A stretch of 64,000 bases of DNA from contig JBGUYY010000082.1 of NCBI GenBank assembly GCA_045222555.1, positions 19,094 to 83,093 on the forward strand, written 5' to 3'. The stretch comes from Bacteroidales bacterium (GTDB lineage Bacteria; Bacteroidota; Bacteroidia; Bacteroidales; WCHB1-69). Made by a program: the position numbers and the translations under genes. Shown piece after piece: positions 1 through 10,077 of the stretch (positions within the stretch are counted from its first letter, which is position 1; every line of letters begins with the position of its first letter). Below the pieces are notes generated by a model. The model was not told where the DNA came from, ran no database searches, and worked only from the letters and a program-made list of their open reading frames with translations.

Positions 1-317
1 CCATCATCGCCACCGCCCTCATCGACACCGGCTCCCGCATGGACGAGGTGATCTTCGAGGAGTTCAAGGGAACGGGCAACATGGAGCTCCAGCTCGACCG
101 CCGTCTCTCCAACAAACGCATCTATCCTGCTGTGGACATCGTTTCGTCGAGCACACGCCGCGACGACCTGCTGCAGGAGCCCGGCGCATTGCAGCGCGTA
201 TGGGTGCTTCGCAGCCACCTCGCCGACATGACCCCGCTAGAGGCCATGGAGTTTGTCAAGGACAAGATGCAGTTCACCAAAACCAACGAGGAATTCCTCG
301 CCAACATGAACGAATAA
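1..317 (+). CDS. rho: transcription termination factor Rho, C-terminal fragment (5' end outside window)
   Basis: The frame is open from the window edge. [35 protein letters not shown]...STRRDDLL matches the conserved Rho C-terminal region. Stop TAA at 315-317. Confidence 0.9.
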   Translation, partial: IIATALIDTGSRMDEVIFEEFKGTGNMELQLDRRLSNKRIYPAVDIVSSSTRRDDLLQEPGALQRVWVLRSHLADMTPLEAMEFVKDKMQFTKTNEEFLANMNE

Positions 318-329
318 TTATTGCTAAGA

Positions 330-932
330 ATGAAATCCTACGAAAAACAAGAAGTTTTCAAAGCAGAAGAAATCAACGAGCTCTCCGGCATCTACAAGTC
401 GATGCTCACCAACCTCCACGAAAATCCGTACCGCGAGGGACTGGTGAAGACACCCGAGCGTGCCGCCAAGGCCATGAAGTTCCTCACCCACGGTTACGAG
501 ATGGACCCGAAAGCCATCTTGGAAAGTGCGCTTTTCAAAGAGGACTACAGCCAAATTGTGGTCGTGAAGGACATTGAGATTTACTCGTTGTGCGAGCACC
601 ACCTGCTGCCGTTTTTCGGCAAGGCACATGTGGGCTACATCCCCAACGGCACCATCGTGGGACTCAGCAAGATACCCCGCGTAGTGGAGGCCTTTGCACG
701 GAGATTGCAACTGCAGGAGCGCCTCACCTCGCAGATCAAAAGCTGCCTGGAAGAGGTATTGCACCCGAAAGGAGTAGCCGTTGTCATTGAGGCCCAGCAC
801 CTTTGCATGTCGATGCGCGGCATCCAGAAGCAGAACTCAGTGACCACCACCTCCGAGTTCACCGGTGCGTTCCTCACGCAGTGGAACACCCGTCAGGAGT
901 TCATGCACCTGATTGGCGCCGACTTACACTAA
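330..932 (+). CDS. folE: GTP cyclohydrolase I
   Basis: [19 protein letters not shown] and SKIPR motifs. ATG at 330 is preferred over the TTG at 321. Confidence 0.9.
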   Translation: MKSYEKQEVFKAEEINELSGIYKSMLTNLHENPYREGLVKTPERAAKAMKFLTHGYEMDPKAILESALFKEDYSQIVVVKDIEIYSLCEHHLLPFFGKAHVGYIPNGTIVGLSKIPRVVEAFARRLQLQERLTSQIKSCLEEVLHPKGVAVVIEAQHLCMSMRGIQKQNSVTTTSEFTGAFLTQWNTRQEFMHLIGADLH

Positions 933-959
933 TACATTTACATTATAATAATAGGACAG

Positions 960-1964
960 ATGGCAAGCGAGAACTTCATTGATTTGGTCAACATATTCTG
1001 CCGCTCCGGAAATGGCGGGGCAGGCTCGGCGCACCTCGCCCGTACGGCACAGGATCCCAAGGCGGGTCCCGACGGCGGAGACGGCGGCAAGGGTGGCGAC
1101 ATCATCCTGCGCGGCAACCGCAACCTGTGGACGCTGCTGCACCTCCGCTACACCAAGCACATCTTCGCAGAAGACGGCGGCAACGGCTCCGCCAACCTCT
1201 GCTTCGGCAAGAATGGCAAGAACGCTGTCATCGAAGTGCCCCTCGGCACCATCGCCCGCAGTCAGGAAAGCGGCGAGCAACTTGGTGAAGTACTCGAAGA
1301 CGGGCAGGAAATCATCATCATGAAGGGCGGCCGCGGCGGACAAGGCAACGTGCATTTCAAAAGCGCCACCCGCCAAACCCCGCGATTCGCGCAACCCGGT
1401 GAAGAGGGCTACGAACAGTGGGTGACACTCGAACTCAAGGTGCTGGCCGATGTCGGACTCGTGGGCTTCCCCAACGCCGGCAAATCCACCCTCATCTCGG
1501 TACTATCCAACGCCAAACCCAAAATTGCCGACTATCCCTTCACCACGCTCAAGCCTAACCTCGGCATGGTGGCCTACCGCGACTACCAGTCGTTCGTCAT
1601 CGCCGACATCCCCGGCATCATCGAAGGAGCCTCAGAGGGCAAGGGCATCGGACTGCGCTTCCTGCGCCATATCGAGCGCAACTCCATCCTGCTCTTCCTC
1701 ATCCCCGTCATCAGCGAAGACATCAAAAAAGAGTACAATATATTATTTAATGAACTCCGCGCCTACAACCCTGAGCTGGTGGACAAGAAACGAATCATCG
1801 CCATCACCAAGTGCGACCTGATTGACGATGACGAGCTGAAACGCATCCAGAAAAAAGTCAAACTCCCCGACCCCACCCTCTTCATCTCTTCCATCTCCAA
1901 GAAAAACCTCACCCAGCTGAAAGACATCCTGTGGGAGAACCTGCAACAAGAAGACGAAGCATAA
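960..1964 (+). CDS. obg: GTPase Obg
   Basis: N-terminal Gly-rich Obg fold ([20 protein letters not shown]) followed by G1 motif GFPNAGKST. Confidence 0.95.
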   Translation: MASENFIDLVNIFCRSGNGGAGSAHLARTAQDPKAGPDGGDGGKGGDIILRGNRNLWTLLHLRYTKHIFAEDGGNGSANLCFGKNGKNAVIEVPLGTIARSQESGEQLGEVLEDGQEIIIMKGGRGGQGNVHFKSATRQTPRFAQPGEEGYEQWVTLELKVLADVGLVGFPNAGKSTLISVLSNAKPKIADYPFTTLKPNLGMVAYRDYQSFVIADIPGIIEGASEGKGIGLRFLRHIERNSILLFLIPVISEDIKKEYNILFNELRAYNPELVDKKRIIAITKCDLIDDDELKRIQKKVKLPDPTLFISSISKKNLTQLKDILWENLQQEDEA

Positions 1965-2008
1965 TACTTTTCCATAAAACAATCCCCATCACCCAACCCT
2001 ACAAAACC

Positions 2009-3095
2009 ATGATCATTAGCGAAGAAATCAAGGATTTGTCAAAGAGACTCAGTGAGTTAAGGAGGTGTCTTTGACGTCGAAGGAAAGAAAAAATTTGTAG
2101 CTGAAAAAGAAGAAGTGACGCACCAGCAGGAGTTTTGGGACGATCCCAAAGCGGCAGAAAAACTGTTCAAGGAGATCAGTCTGGTGAAGTCATGGATTAC
2201 CGATTTTGAAAAAGCGGAGGAGAAGTACGAGGAGTGCGCGATGACCTTCGACTTTTTCAACGAGGGCGATGCCACCGAAGCAGAGGTTGAAGAGAGCCTT
2301 CAGGCCGCCACACAGGCCATCGAGAAATTAGAGTTCCGCAATATGATGCGCAACGAGGAGGACGTGCTGAATGTCATCCTGACCATCAATTCGGGCGCGG
2401 GTGGCACCGAGAGCTGCGACTGGGCAGAGATGCTGCTGCGCATGTACATGCGATGGGCAGAACGTAACAAGTACAGTGTCAAGCTGTTGGACCGTCAGGA
2501 AGGAGATGTTGCCGGCATCAAGTCGGCCACGATCGAATTAGACGGTCCTTACGGTTACGGCTATCTGAAAAGCGAGAGCGGCGTACACCGGTTGGTTCGT
2601 ATTTCGCCGTTCGACTCGGCGGCGAGAAGACACACTTCCTTTGCATCGGTTTTTGCATATCCTATTGTGAATGAAGATATTAATATAGAGATCAACCCTG
2701 CCGACCTCACGTGGGACACCTACCGCAGCAGCGGTCCTGGCGGACAGAACGTGAACAAGGTGGAGACGGCAGTGCGTTTGCACCACGCGCCATCGGGCAT
2801 CATCGTGGAGTGCCAGGAGACGCGCTTTCAGGCGCAGAACCGCGAGAAGGCCTTGCAGATGCTCAAATCGCAGCTGTATCAGATCGAGCTGGAGAAGAAG
2901 CGTGCGAAACTCAACGAGATCGAGAGCAGCAAAAAGCGCATCGAGTGGGGCTCGCAGATTCGCAGCTACGTGATGCAGCCCTATAAAATGGTAAAAGACC
3001 TCCGCACGCAATACGAAACTTCGAACGTAAACGCGGTGTTGGATGGCGATCTTGACGGCTTCATCAAGTCATTTTTAATGATGTCGGGGCAGTAA
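2009..3095 (+). CDS. prfB: peptide chain release factor 2, made by programmed +1 frameshift (join 2009..2071, 2073..3095)
   Basis: Frame 0 reads [21 protein letters not shown] and hits TGA at 2072-2074. The +1 frame from 2073 continues DVEGKKKF...[10 protein letters not shown] into the 2115..3095 ORF. It carries RF2 motifs SPF (RISPFDS) and GGQ (GPGGQNVN). Confidence 0.9.
2060..2075 (+). promoter_or_regulatory. prfB: prfB +1 frameshift site: SD-like AGGAGG, 3-nt spacer, CTT TGA C
   Basis: The sequence aggagg tgt ctt tga c matches the canonical RF2 autoregulatory frameshift cassette. Confidence 0.85.
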
Positions 3096-3342
3096 AATCA
3101 TCAACTTTTTGATTTTCTGCAAAATGCTGATTTTAAGAGATTTTTAAGAATTATTTTTTCTTAAAAAAACCTCTGAAACGCCCATTCTTCTATATACAAA
3201 AAAAGATAAAAATCAATAGCAAAAATAATTTTTTGTTCACTTTTTTTTGTTCACTTTTGCATCAAGAAAAATGGCGCGTGGATTTCTCATCAACGCCTTA
3301 ATAGATAAGATTTTATTATTTTAGATATTTGCAATCATTACC
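3096..3342. other. AT-rich dnaA-upstream intergenic region, candidate oriC/DUE (weak)
   Basis: 247-nt AT-rich spacer. Direct repeat TTTTTTGTTCAC at 3229-3240 and 3243-3254. Only 6/9 matches to the DnaA-box consensus (TTGTTCACT, CGTGGATTT). Confidence 0.3.
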
Positions 3343-4788
3343 ATGACCAACCAACCGACACCTGACCACCAGCTCGTATGGCAAAACTGCCTCAACTTCA
3401 TCCAAGACTGTGTATCCGACAACACCTTTAAGATGTGGTTCGCCCCCATCAAATCGGTGTCGTTACAAGGCAACTGTCTGACCGTAGCGTTGCCGAGTCA
3501 GGCCTGCTTTGAGTGGTTGGAGAAGAGCGCACAGAAAATCATCCGCACGGCCATACGCAAGGAGTTGGGAGAGAAGGCCCGTTTGAAATACCAGATCCCC
3601 ATGGCGAAGCCCGTCAACGAGAAACCCATCACGGTGACGGTACCCTCCAGTCCGGTGCTCAACGTGCAGAATCCGCCGAGAATGCCGCGCAACCCGTATG
3701 AGAACACCAGCGACGGCAATCCCAATCCCGACCTGCTGCCCGGCATCAAGGCGCTCAGCATCCCGAGCAACCTTGTGGATTCGCTGAACTTCGACAACTT
3801 CGTGGAGGGCAAATGCAACCAGTTCGCCTATCTTGCCGGACAGGCCATCGCCAGCGCGGCCCCCGGTTCCACCCCCTACAACCCCTTCTTCATCTACTCC
3901 GACACTGGTCTGGGCAAAACCCACCTCGCCCACGCTATCGGTCTGGAAATCAAGGCTAACTTCCCCGACAAGGTGGTGTTGTATGTCAGTTCCGACCTCT
4001 TCATGCAGCAGTTTTTGGAGGCGTGCCGCAGCAACAACCGCAACGACTTCATCTATTTTTACCAAAATGTAGATGTGCTCATCATTGACGACATCCAGTT
4101 CTTGGCCGACAAGGACAAGACCCAAGAGGCATTCTTCCATATTTTCAACTATTTACAGCAGAGAAAAAAGCAGATCATCATCACTGCTGACAAGTCGCCC
4201 GCCGACATCACCGGTTTTGAGACCCGCGTGCTGTACCGTCTGAAATGGAGCCTGGTGGCCGAGCTCACCCCGCCCGATTTCGAGACGCGTGTCGCCATCC
4301 TCAACAAGAAGCTGGAGAACCAGGGCATCGAGTTCCCGCCGGATGTCACCGAATACTTGGCTTTGCGCGTCACGGCCAACGTGCGCGAGCTGGAGGGTGC
4401 CATGATCACCATCCTCGCACAGTCGTCCATCAACCACCGCGAGATCACCATCGACCTTGCCAAGGAGATGATCGACAAATACGTGCGCAGCACGGCGCGC
4501 GAGATCTCCATCGAGTTCATCCAGCGTACCGTGGCCGACTACTTCAACATTGCGGTGGACACCATCAACACCTCCACCCGACGTCGCGAGGTGGCGCAAC
4601 CCCGTCAGATCTGCATGTATTTCGCCAAGAAATACACCAAGCTGCCGCTCAGCACCATCGGCAAGAATTGCGGCAACAAGGACCATGCCACTGTGCTGCA
4701 CGCCTGCCGTGTCATCGCCGACCTCTACGAGACCGACAAGAAGATGCGCGCCGACATCGACGAGATCGACAAAAAGATGAAGCTGTAG
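3343..4788 (+). CDS. dnaA: chromosomal replication initiator protein DnaA
   Basis: Walker A GLGKTHLAHAIG, IDDIQFL box, and C-terminal DNA-binding domain ending KDHATVLHACRVI. Confidence 0.95.
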   Translation: MTNQPTPDHQLVWQNCLNFIQDCVSDNTFKMWFAPIKSVSLQGNCLTVALPSQACFEWLEKSAQKIIRTAIRKELGEKARLKYQIPMAKPVNEKPITVTVPSSPVLNVQNPPRMPRNPYENTSDGNPNPDLLPGIKALSIPSNLVDSLNFDNFVEGKCNQFAYLAGQAIASAAPGSTPYNPFFIYSDTGLGKTHLAHAIGLEIKANFPDKVVLYVSSDLFMQQFLEACRSNNRNDFIYFYQNVDVLIIDDIQFLADKDKTQEAFFHIFNYLQQRKKQIIITADKSPADITGFETRVLYRLKWSLVAELTPPDFETRVAILNKKLENQGIEFPPDVTEYLALRVTANVRELEGAMITILAQSSINHREITIDLAKEMIDKYVRSTAREISIEFIQRTVADYFNIAVDTINTSTRRREVAQPRQICMYFAKKYTKLPLSTIGKNCGNKDHATVLHACRVIADLYETDKKMRADIDEIDKKMKL

Positions 4789-4832
4789 AGCACAAATCGC
4801 AGGTTTCTGCTTGTTCGTATCTGATTATTTCG

Positions 4833-4840
4833 TACTTTTG
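4833..4840 (+). promoter_or_regulatory. Bacteroidetes -7 promoter box TACTTTTG
   Basis: Matches TAnnTTTG, 27 nt upstream of ATG 4867. Confidence 0.55.
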
Positions 4841-4866
4841 CGGCTGCAAATCTAATTTTCATCATC

Positions 4867-5052
4867 ATGAAGCCGATTGCACCCCTGCCGCTGCTCCTCA
4901 CAGGTATCCTTCTGACCACCCTGGTCATGGAATCGTGCGCCCCCAAGATTCAAGGGGCACGGCCTCACCGCCGCGACCGCCACTGCGGCTGCGAGAACAT
5001 ACCTGCGACCACCGACACCACCACTTGTTTCATCGCCGAAAAAACATACTGA
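4867..5052 (+). CDS. small Cys-containing putative lipoprotein (61 aa)
   Basis: Signal peptide with a lipobox-like LVMESC. A promoter box lies upstream. Stop TGA 5050-5052 is 1 nt from the next ATG. No family recognised. Confidence 0.45.
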   Translation: MKPIAPLPLLLTGILLTTLVMESCAPKIQGARPHRRDRHCGCENIPATTDTTTCFIAEKTY

Positions 5053-5053
5053 C

Positions 5054-5947
5054 ATGAAACCCAACACCAAAAAATTCCTGCAGGAAGCTGAGAAATACCT
5101 GTTCGTCTTCATCGGTCTCGCCGTCTTCGCCTTCGGCTGGACCTTCTTCCTTATCCCCCACCAGATCACCGGCGGCGGCATCAGCGGTATCTCCGCCATC
5201 ATCTATTTCGCATGCGACAAGATCCCCGTCTCTGTTTCCGCTTTGGTGCTCAACCTCATCCTGATAGGCATCGCATGGAAAATCCTCGGGCGGCGGTTCT
5301 GCATCGACACGCTCATCTGCTCAGTGCTGCTCTCCCTGCTGCTGCAGGTCGGGCAGTCGCTGTACGACTTCCTTCTGAACTTTTACGGGCACCCCATCAT
5401 CCCCGATGACCCTTTCATGTGCGCCATGATCGGCGCCGCGCTGTCGGGACTCGGCATCGGCATCGCCCTCACCAATGGCGGCAATACTGGCGGCACCGAC
5501 ATCATCGTGCTGATGATTGCCAAATACCGGCGTGTCTCTTACGGCCGTACCAGCCTCTATCTCAACATCTTCATCGTTCTCTCATCCATCCTCACCACCC
5601 ACAATCCCGTACTGCTGGTATATAGCGCCGTGGTGCTGTTTGTCTATATCATCGTCTCCGACCTCGTCATCGATGGTTATCGGCAGACCTTCCAGTTCAT
5701 GGTCTTTTCGAAGAAAAACCACGAGATCGCAGAACGCATCAACAACGAGTTGCATCGTGGCGCCACCTTCCTGAAAGGAACGGGCAGCTACAACCACCAG
5801 GACACCGAGGTGCTGCTCATCGTCTCGCACCGCACCGACCGCGCCAACATCATCCGCATCATCAAAGAGATCGACAGCACCGCCTTCATCTCCATCTCGA
5901 AGGTGCAGAGCGTGTTTGGTAAGAATTTTGAGGAGATAAAACTTTGA
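5054..5947 (+). CDS. YitT family membrane protein (DUF161/DUF2179)
   Basis: Multi-TM N-terminus with GGGISGISAIIYF. The C-terminal soluble domain resembles DUF2179. Confidence 0.8.
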   Translation: MKPNTKKFLQEAEKYLFVFIGLAVFAFGWTFFLIPHQITGGGISGISAIIYFACDKIPVSVSALVLNLILIGIAWKILGRRFCIDTLICSVLLSLLLQVGQSLYDFLLNFYGHPIIPDDPFMCAMIGAALSGLGIGIALTNGGNTGGTDIIVLMIAKYRRVSYGRTSLYLNIFIVLSSILTTHNPVLLVYSAVVLFVYIIVSDLVIDGYRQTFQFMVFSKKNHEIAERINNELHRGATFLKGTGSYNHQDTEVLLIVSHRTDRANIIRIIKEIDSTAFISISKVQSVFGKNFEEIKL

Positions 5948-5980
5948 AAATGGAAAACTGAAAATTGAAAATTGAAAAAT
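5946..5980 (+). repeat. GA-rich heptamer array, 5 units (gaaaatg gaaaact gaaaatt gaaaatt gaaaaat)
   Basis: Starts inside stop codon TGA 5945-5947 and ends 7 nt before ATG 5988. Confidence 0.9.
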
Positions 5981-5987
5981 ATTAGAT

Positions 5988-7709
5988 ATGGATACCAACA
6001 TTATTGAAAGAGCGAAGGTCTGGTTATCGGACCAATACGATGAGGCCACCCGCAACGAGGTGCGCCGTCTGATGGAAAACGACCCTGCCGAGCTGACGGA
6101 GTCGTTCTACCGCACACTGGAGTTCGGCACGGGCGGTTTGCGCGGCATCATGGGGGTGGGTTCCAACCGCATGAACCGCTACACGGTGGGCGCTGCCACG
6201 CAGGGTCTCGCCAACTACCTGAAGAAGAGTCTTCCCAACACGGAGCTGAAGGTGGTGGTGGCGCACGACTCGCGCAACAACAGCCGCCACTTCGCCGAGG
6301 TGACCGCACAGGTCATGGCGGCCAACGGCATTGTATGCTACCTTTTTGAGGATTTGCGCCCCACGCCGGAGCTTTCGTTCGCCGTGCGGCACCTCGGCTG
6401 TCACGCCGGCGTGATGGTCACTGCCTCACACAACCCCAAAGAATACAACGGCTACAAAGTGTACTGGGGCGACGGCGGACAGATTGTGCCGCCGCACGAC
6501 AAAGGCATCATCAACGAGGTGAATGCTGTGACCTCGGTGGAGCAGATCCGCTGGACCGGTGGCGAGGAGCGCATCATATCCATCAGCCACGAGGTGGACG
6601 ATGAGTACCTGGCCCGCATCAAAGCGCTGACGCTGAATCCGGAGGCCATCGCACACCAGCACGACCTGCGTATCGTTTACACCCCGCTACACGGCACGGG
6701 CATCACCATGGTACCCAAGGCATTGGAGATGTACGGCTTCACCAACGTCACCGTGCTGGAGTCGCAGAAAACACCCGACGGCAACTTCCCGACTGTGGCC
6801 TCTCCCAACCCGGAGGAGCGCACCGCCATGGAGCTGGCCATGCGCAAGGCCGACGAGATACAGGCCGACCTGGTGCTGGCCACCGACCCCGATGCCGACC
6901 GTGTGGGCATTGCCGTGCGCGACGACCATGGACAGATGATCCTCCTGAACGGCAACATGACTGGCTCACTGTTAGTATATTACATCCTTTCACAGTGGAA
7001 AAACAGCGGCAAACTTACTGGCAAGGAGTTCACCGTAAAGACCATTGTGACCACCGAGCTCATTCGTGCGATCTCCACCTCCTTCGGCGTGGATTGTCCC
7101 GACGTGCTCACCGGCTTCAAATACATCGCCGAGCAGATTGCGAACACGCCCGACAAGCAGTTCATCGTGGGCGGTGAGGAGAGCTACGGCTATCTGGTGA
7201 GCGACTTCGTGCGCGACAAGGATGCAGTGTCGGCCTGCTGCATGATTGCCGAGATGGCGGCGGTACTGGCCGACAGTGGCAAGAGTATGTACCGCCAGCT
7301 GCAGGAGCTCTACCTCCAGTACGGTTTCTACAAAGAGTCGCTGCTCTCCATCACCCGCAAGGGACAGGCCGGTGCGGCCGAAATCCAGCAGATGATGGAC
7401 AACTTCCGCAACAATCCGCCGCGCGAAATCAACGGTTCGCCGGTGGCGAAAATGATGGACTACAAAAACCGTGTGGCCACCGACCTCAGCAGCGGCACAA
7501 CAGAGCCCATCACGCTCCCGAAGTCCGACGTGCTGCAGTTCTTCACCGAAGATGGCACCAAAATCACGGTACGGCCCTCTGGCACGGAGCCGAAGATCAA
7601 ATTTTACTTTGGTGTAAAAGAAAATCTTGCTGATTTACAATCATTTGAAAAGACATCACAACTTCTGGACGACAAAATCAGCCGAGTAAAAGAGTCATTA
7701 AAATTATAA
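5988..7709 (+). CDS. phospho-sugar mutase (phosphoglucomutase/phosphomannomutase family)
   Basis: Active-site motif TASHNPKEYNGYKVY and metal loop DPDADR. Confidence 0.85.
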   Translation: MDTNIIERAKVWLSDQYDEATRNEVRRLMENDPAELTESFYRTLEFGTGGLRGIMGVGSNRMNRYTVGAATQGLANYLKKSLPNTELKVVVAHDSRNNSRHFAEVTAQVMAANGIVCYLFEDLRPTPELSFAVRHLGCHAGVMVTASHNPKEYNGYKVYWGDGGQIVPPHDKGIINEVNAVTSVEQIRWTGGEERIISISHEVDDEYLARIKALTLNPEAIAHQHDLRIVYTPLHGTGITMVPKALEMYGFTNVTVLESQKTPDGNFPTVASPNPEERTAMELAMRKADEIQADLVLATDPDADRVGIAVRDDHGQMILLNGNMTGSLLVYYILSQWKNSGKLTGKEFTVKTIVTTELIRAISTSFGVDCPDVLTGFKYIAEQIANTPDKQFIVGGEESYGYLVSDFVRDKDAVSACCMIAEMAAVLADSGKSMYRQLQELYLQYGFYKESLLSITRKGQAGAAEIQQMMDNFRNNPPREINGSPVAKMMDYKNRVATDLSSGTTEPITLPKSDVLQFFTEDGTKITVRPSGTEPKIKFYFGVKENLADLQSFEKTSQLLDDKISRVKESLKL

Positions 7710-7758
7710 TAAATCTTAAAAATCCACTCCCTGCTACCTTTCTAACGAAAAATCATAG

Positions 7759-7766
7759 TAACTTTG
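7759..7766 (+). promoter_or_regulatory. -7 promoter box TAACTTTG
   Basis: TAnnTTTG, 34 nt upstream of ATG 7800. It lies inside the longer 7764 ORF and supports the 7800 start. Confidence 0.55.
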
Positions 7767-7799
7767 CCATCGTTAGTAGGGACTAAAACATTTACCATT

Positions 7800-8270
7800 A
7801 TGAAAGCAATGAAGCTCGCGATGCTGGTGGTTTTGGCAGTAATTTTCGCCGGATGCCAGCAAAAGATGAAAAAAGACGATGTGGAAAAAGGTGTCACCGA
7901 GATGTTCACCAGTTTCCAAAAGAATGGCATTGAAAAAACCCTTTCGGTATTTGCGGACGGCTACGACAAGATGTCGGACAACCAGAAGCAGGCGTTTCAG
8001 GATGCCTTTGCAGGAAAGGAGTTCCGCATTGCAAAGATTGAGGGCGACAAAGTGACCGCCGAGGTCTTTGTTTCCCCGTCGGAAGGCGGACAGCTCATTG
8101 TGAAGACCGTCATTTTCAAGGTCATCCAAGTGGATGGAAAAATCCGTGTCAAAGACATCATCAATGTGATCGACAATGGCGGGAAGGCCGCTTCCAGCGG
8201 TCCGGACGATGAAGTGCTTGCTGAGGAAGAGGACGATCTGGACAGTCCTTTGTCGGAAGAGCACGACTAA
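7800..8270 (+). CDS. putative lipoprotein with acidic C-terminal tail
   Basis: MKAMKLAMLVVLAVIFAGC is a signal peptide plus lipobox. The fold may be NTF2/DUF4878-like, which is a guess. Confidence 0.6.
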   Translation: MKAMKLAMLVVLAVIFAGCQQKMKKDDVEKGVTEMFTSFQKNGIEKTLSVFADGYDKMSDNQKQAFQDAFAGKEFRIAKIEGDKVTAEVFVSPSEGGQLIVKTVIFKVIQVDGKIRVKDIINVIDNGGKAASSGPDDEVLAEEEDDLDSPLSEEHD

Positions 8271-8284
8271 GCAGGGCATATATC

Positions 8285-8325
8285 AAAAAAACAGGGGCAT
8301 CCGTTGGATGCCCCTGTTTTTTTTT
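8285..8325. terminator. bidirectional intrinsic terminator
   Basis: Stem CAGGGGCATCC (8292-8302) pairs with GGATGCCCCTG (8306-8316). It is flanked by an A-run and a T-run and sits between convergent genes. Confidence 0.8.
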
Positions 8326-8339
8326 CGCAAAACAAGCGA

Positions 8340-8510
8340 CTACTCATCCAGTGCGATAGCACCAGTCGGGCATGCGCCAGCGCAAGCGCCACACTCGATG
8401 CATTCATCGGGATTGATTTTGTAGATGTCGCCTTCGGAAATAGCTCCGACAGGGCATTCGCCAGCACATGTACCACATGCTACGCAAGAATCAGAAATTT
8501 TGTAAGCCAT
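8340..8510 (-). CDS. 2x[4Fe-4S] ferredoxin (56 aa)
   Basis: CVACGTCAGECP and CIECGACAGACP cluster motifs. Start MAYKI is chosen because a -7 box lies inside the longer ORF. Confidence 0.85.
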   Translation of the reverse strand: MAYKISDSCVACGTCAGECPVGAISEGDIYKINPDECIECGACAGACPTGAIALDE

Positions 8511-8539
8511 AGTTTTATAATTTGATTGTTTTACGGCTG

Positions 8540-8547
8540 CAAAAATA
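8540..8547 (-). promoter_or_regulatory. -7 promoter box TATTTTTG (minus strand)
   Basis: 30 nt upstream of the ferredoxin ATG at 8510. Confidence 0.55.
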
Positions 8548-8631
8548 CTACATTTTTTAGAATTGGCGCATGGAGCCATCATTTTTTTCATGATAAAAGA
8601 ATCAACTTGCCACAGTTACGAAAAAAATCCG

Positions 8632-8639
8632 TACTTTTG
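8632..8639 (+). promoter_or_regulatory. -7 promoter box TACTTTTG
   Basis: 49 nt upstream of ATG 8688. Confidence 0.5.
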
Positions 8640-8687
8640 CGTCTTCAAACCCAAAGATCAAACACGAAAGAAGACCCATTTCAAGGT

Positions 8688-10076
8688 ATGGCAAAATCGG
8701 AAACGACGCGAATAAAATGCTGTAGCAAAAAGAATCTCTATAGCTGGGGAGTTCTCCTGATCACCGCCATTGTCTATCTGATTACGGTCTTCACCCCGAA
8801 CAAATTCTCCACGCCACACAGAGTTTTCGATTGGGACGTAAAATCCTATTACTCCTACCTCCCCGCCTACTACATCGACCATGACATCGGCATGACGAAA
8901 TGGGAGAACCAGTATCCGAATTTCAACAAATACTGGCCTGAATATGTGCGCGATGATAAATTTGTCATCAAGACCACCCTGGGCATCTCCATTTTTTATG
9001 CTCCTTTTTTCGCTGTGGCCAACTGTATCGCCGAACCTCTGGGTTATCCCGCAGACGGTTTTTCAAAGCCCTACGCACTGGCCATTCTGCTGAGCGGAGC
9101 AGTCTTTGCATGGCTAGGACTATTGGTTTTGCAACGATTTTTGTTGCGCTATTATCACGATAAAATAGTCGCCGCAACATTAGCCATCATAGGACTGACG
9201 ACAACCTTGTACTGGTACGCCACCTTCGAAGCGCCCATGTCGCACAGCTATAGTTTCTTCCTTTTTGCTGCATTCCTCTATCTGACAGACAGATGGTATG
9301 AAAAAGCATCCTGGTGGAAGGCCGTGTTGCTGGGACTCGTATTCGGCATGATTGTTCTGGTCAGACCCTCCAACGGTTTGGTAGTCCTCGTTTTTCTTTT
9401 ATTTGGAATTAAAAATTGGAAAGATATTCCGGCCAGAATCAAGCTGTATGGAAAGCACTGGTACCATTTCTTCATTGTCGTGGCCATGATTGGACTGGTG
9501 CTGCTGCCCCAATTGTTGTATTGGAAAGAGATCACAGGACAATGGATTTACTACTCGTATAGGGACGAGCGTTTCTTTTGGGATTCTCCTAAAATCATAG
9601 AGGTGCTGTTCGGCTTCCGAAAAGGACTATTTCTTTATACACCAGTCCTACTAGTTTCATTAGTTGGGTTGTATGCTTTGTGGAAAAAGCAGAGAGGACT
9701 GTTTTGGCCGCTGGTCATCTTTTTCGTCATCAATGTATACGTCATTTCCTCCTGGTGGTGCTGGTGGTACGGAGGAAGTTATGGAATGCGTTCTTTTGTA
9801 GAGAGTTATGCGTTTTTGGCCGTACCAGTCGCCGGGTTTATCGCTTGGATAGCAGAAAAACGCAATTTCATTCGCATTCCCGTATATGTCATTGTATTGT
9901 TTCTATCGTTTCGATCTGTCTTTCATACCATACAATATTACAAAGAAGTCATTCATTATGAAGGTATGACAAAAGAAGCCTATTTCCATACTTTATGGAA
10001 GACAAAACAGCCAGCAGATTATTGGGATTATATAGACTTCCCTGATTATGAACAAGCAAAGGAAGGAGATCGTTGA
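8688..10076 (+). CDS. polytopic membrane glycosyltransferase, ArnT/PMT_2 (GT39/GT83)-like
   Basis: About 12 hydrophobic segments. Size and topology are typical of lipid-linked-sugar transferases. It abuts a GT2 polyprenyl-phosphate glycosyltransferase-like gene. Confidence 0.5.
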   Translation: MAKSETTRIKCCSKKNLYSWGVLLITAIVYLITVFTPNKFSTPHRVFDWDVKSYYSYLPAYYIDHDIGMTKWENQYPNFNKYWPEYVRDDKFVIKTTLGISIFYAPFFAVANCIAEPLGYPADGFSKPYALAILLSGAVFAWLGLLVLQRFLLRYYHDKIVAATLAIIGLTTTLYWYATFEAPMSHSYSFFLFAAFLYLTDRWYEKASWWKAVLLGLVFGMIVLVRPSNGLVVLVFLLFGIKNWKDIPARIKLYGKHWYHFFIVVAMIGLVLLPQLLYWKEITGQWIYYSYRDERFFWDSPKIIEVLFGFRKGLFLYTPVLLVSLVGLYALWKKQRGLFWPLVIFFVINVYVISSWWCWWYGGSYGMRSFVESYAFLAVPVAGFIAWIAEKRNFIRIPVYVIVLFLSFRSVFHTIQYYKEVIHYEGMTKEAYFHTLWKTKQPADYWDYIDFPDYEQAKEGDR

Positions 10077-10077
10077 G

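Noticed and set aside
3277-3285. CGTGGATTT as a DnaA box.
   Set aside because: It matches the TGTGGATAA consensus at only 6/9 positions. That is insufficient on its own and is kept only as weak context for the candidate origin region.
4812-4825. Exact 14-mer tgttcgtatctgat shared with 25922-25935.
   Set aside because: For a 64-kb window compared on both strands, there are about 4e9 position pairs and 4^14 possible 14-mers. On the order of ten exact 14-mer coincidences are therefore expected by chance. There is no extended similarity in the flanks.
4245-5057. 270-aa + strand ORF overlapping the dnaA 3' half and the small lipoprotein gene.
   Set aside because: It is an out-of-frame overlap with dnaA and has an Arg/His/Pro-rich nonsense composition.
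8511-8591. Longer ferredoxin start, and similar TTG- or ATG-extended starts at 321, 7764, 8526, 10048, 12620, 25777, 46960, 51723, 53176 and 62671.
   Set aside because: In most cases the extension overlaps a TAnnTTTG promoter box or the upstream gene, or lacks the signal peptide or motif that begins at the internal ATG.
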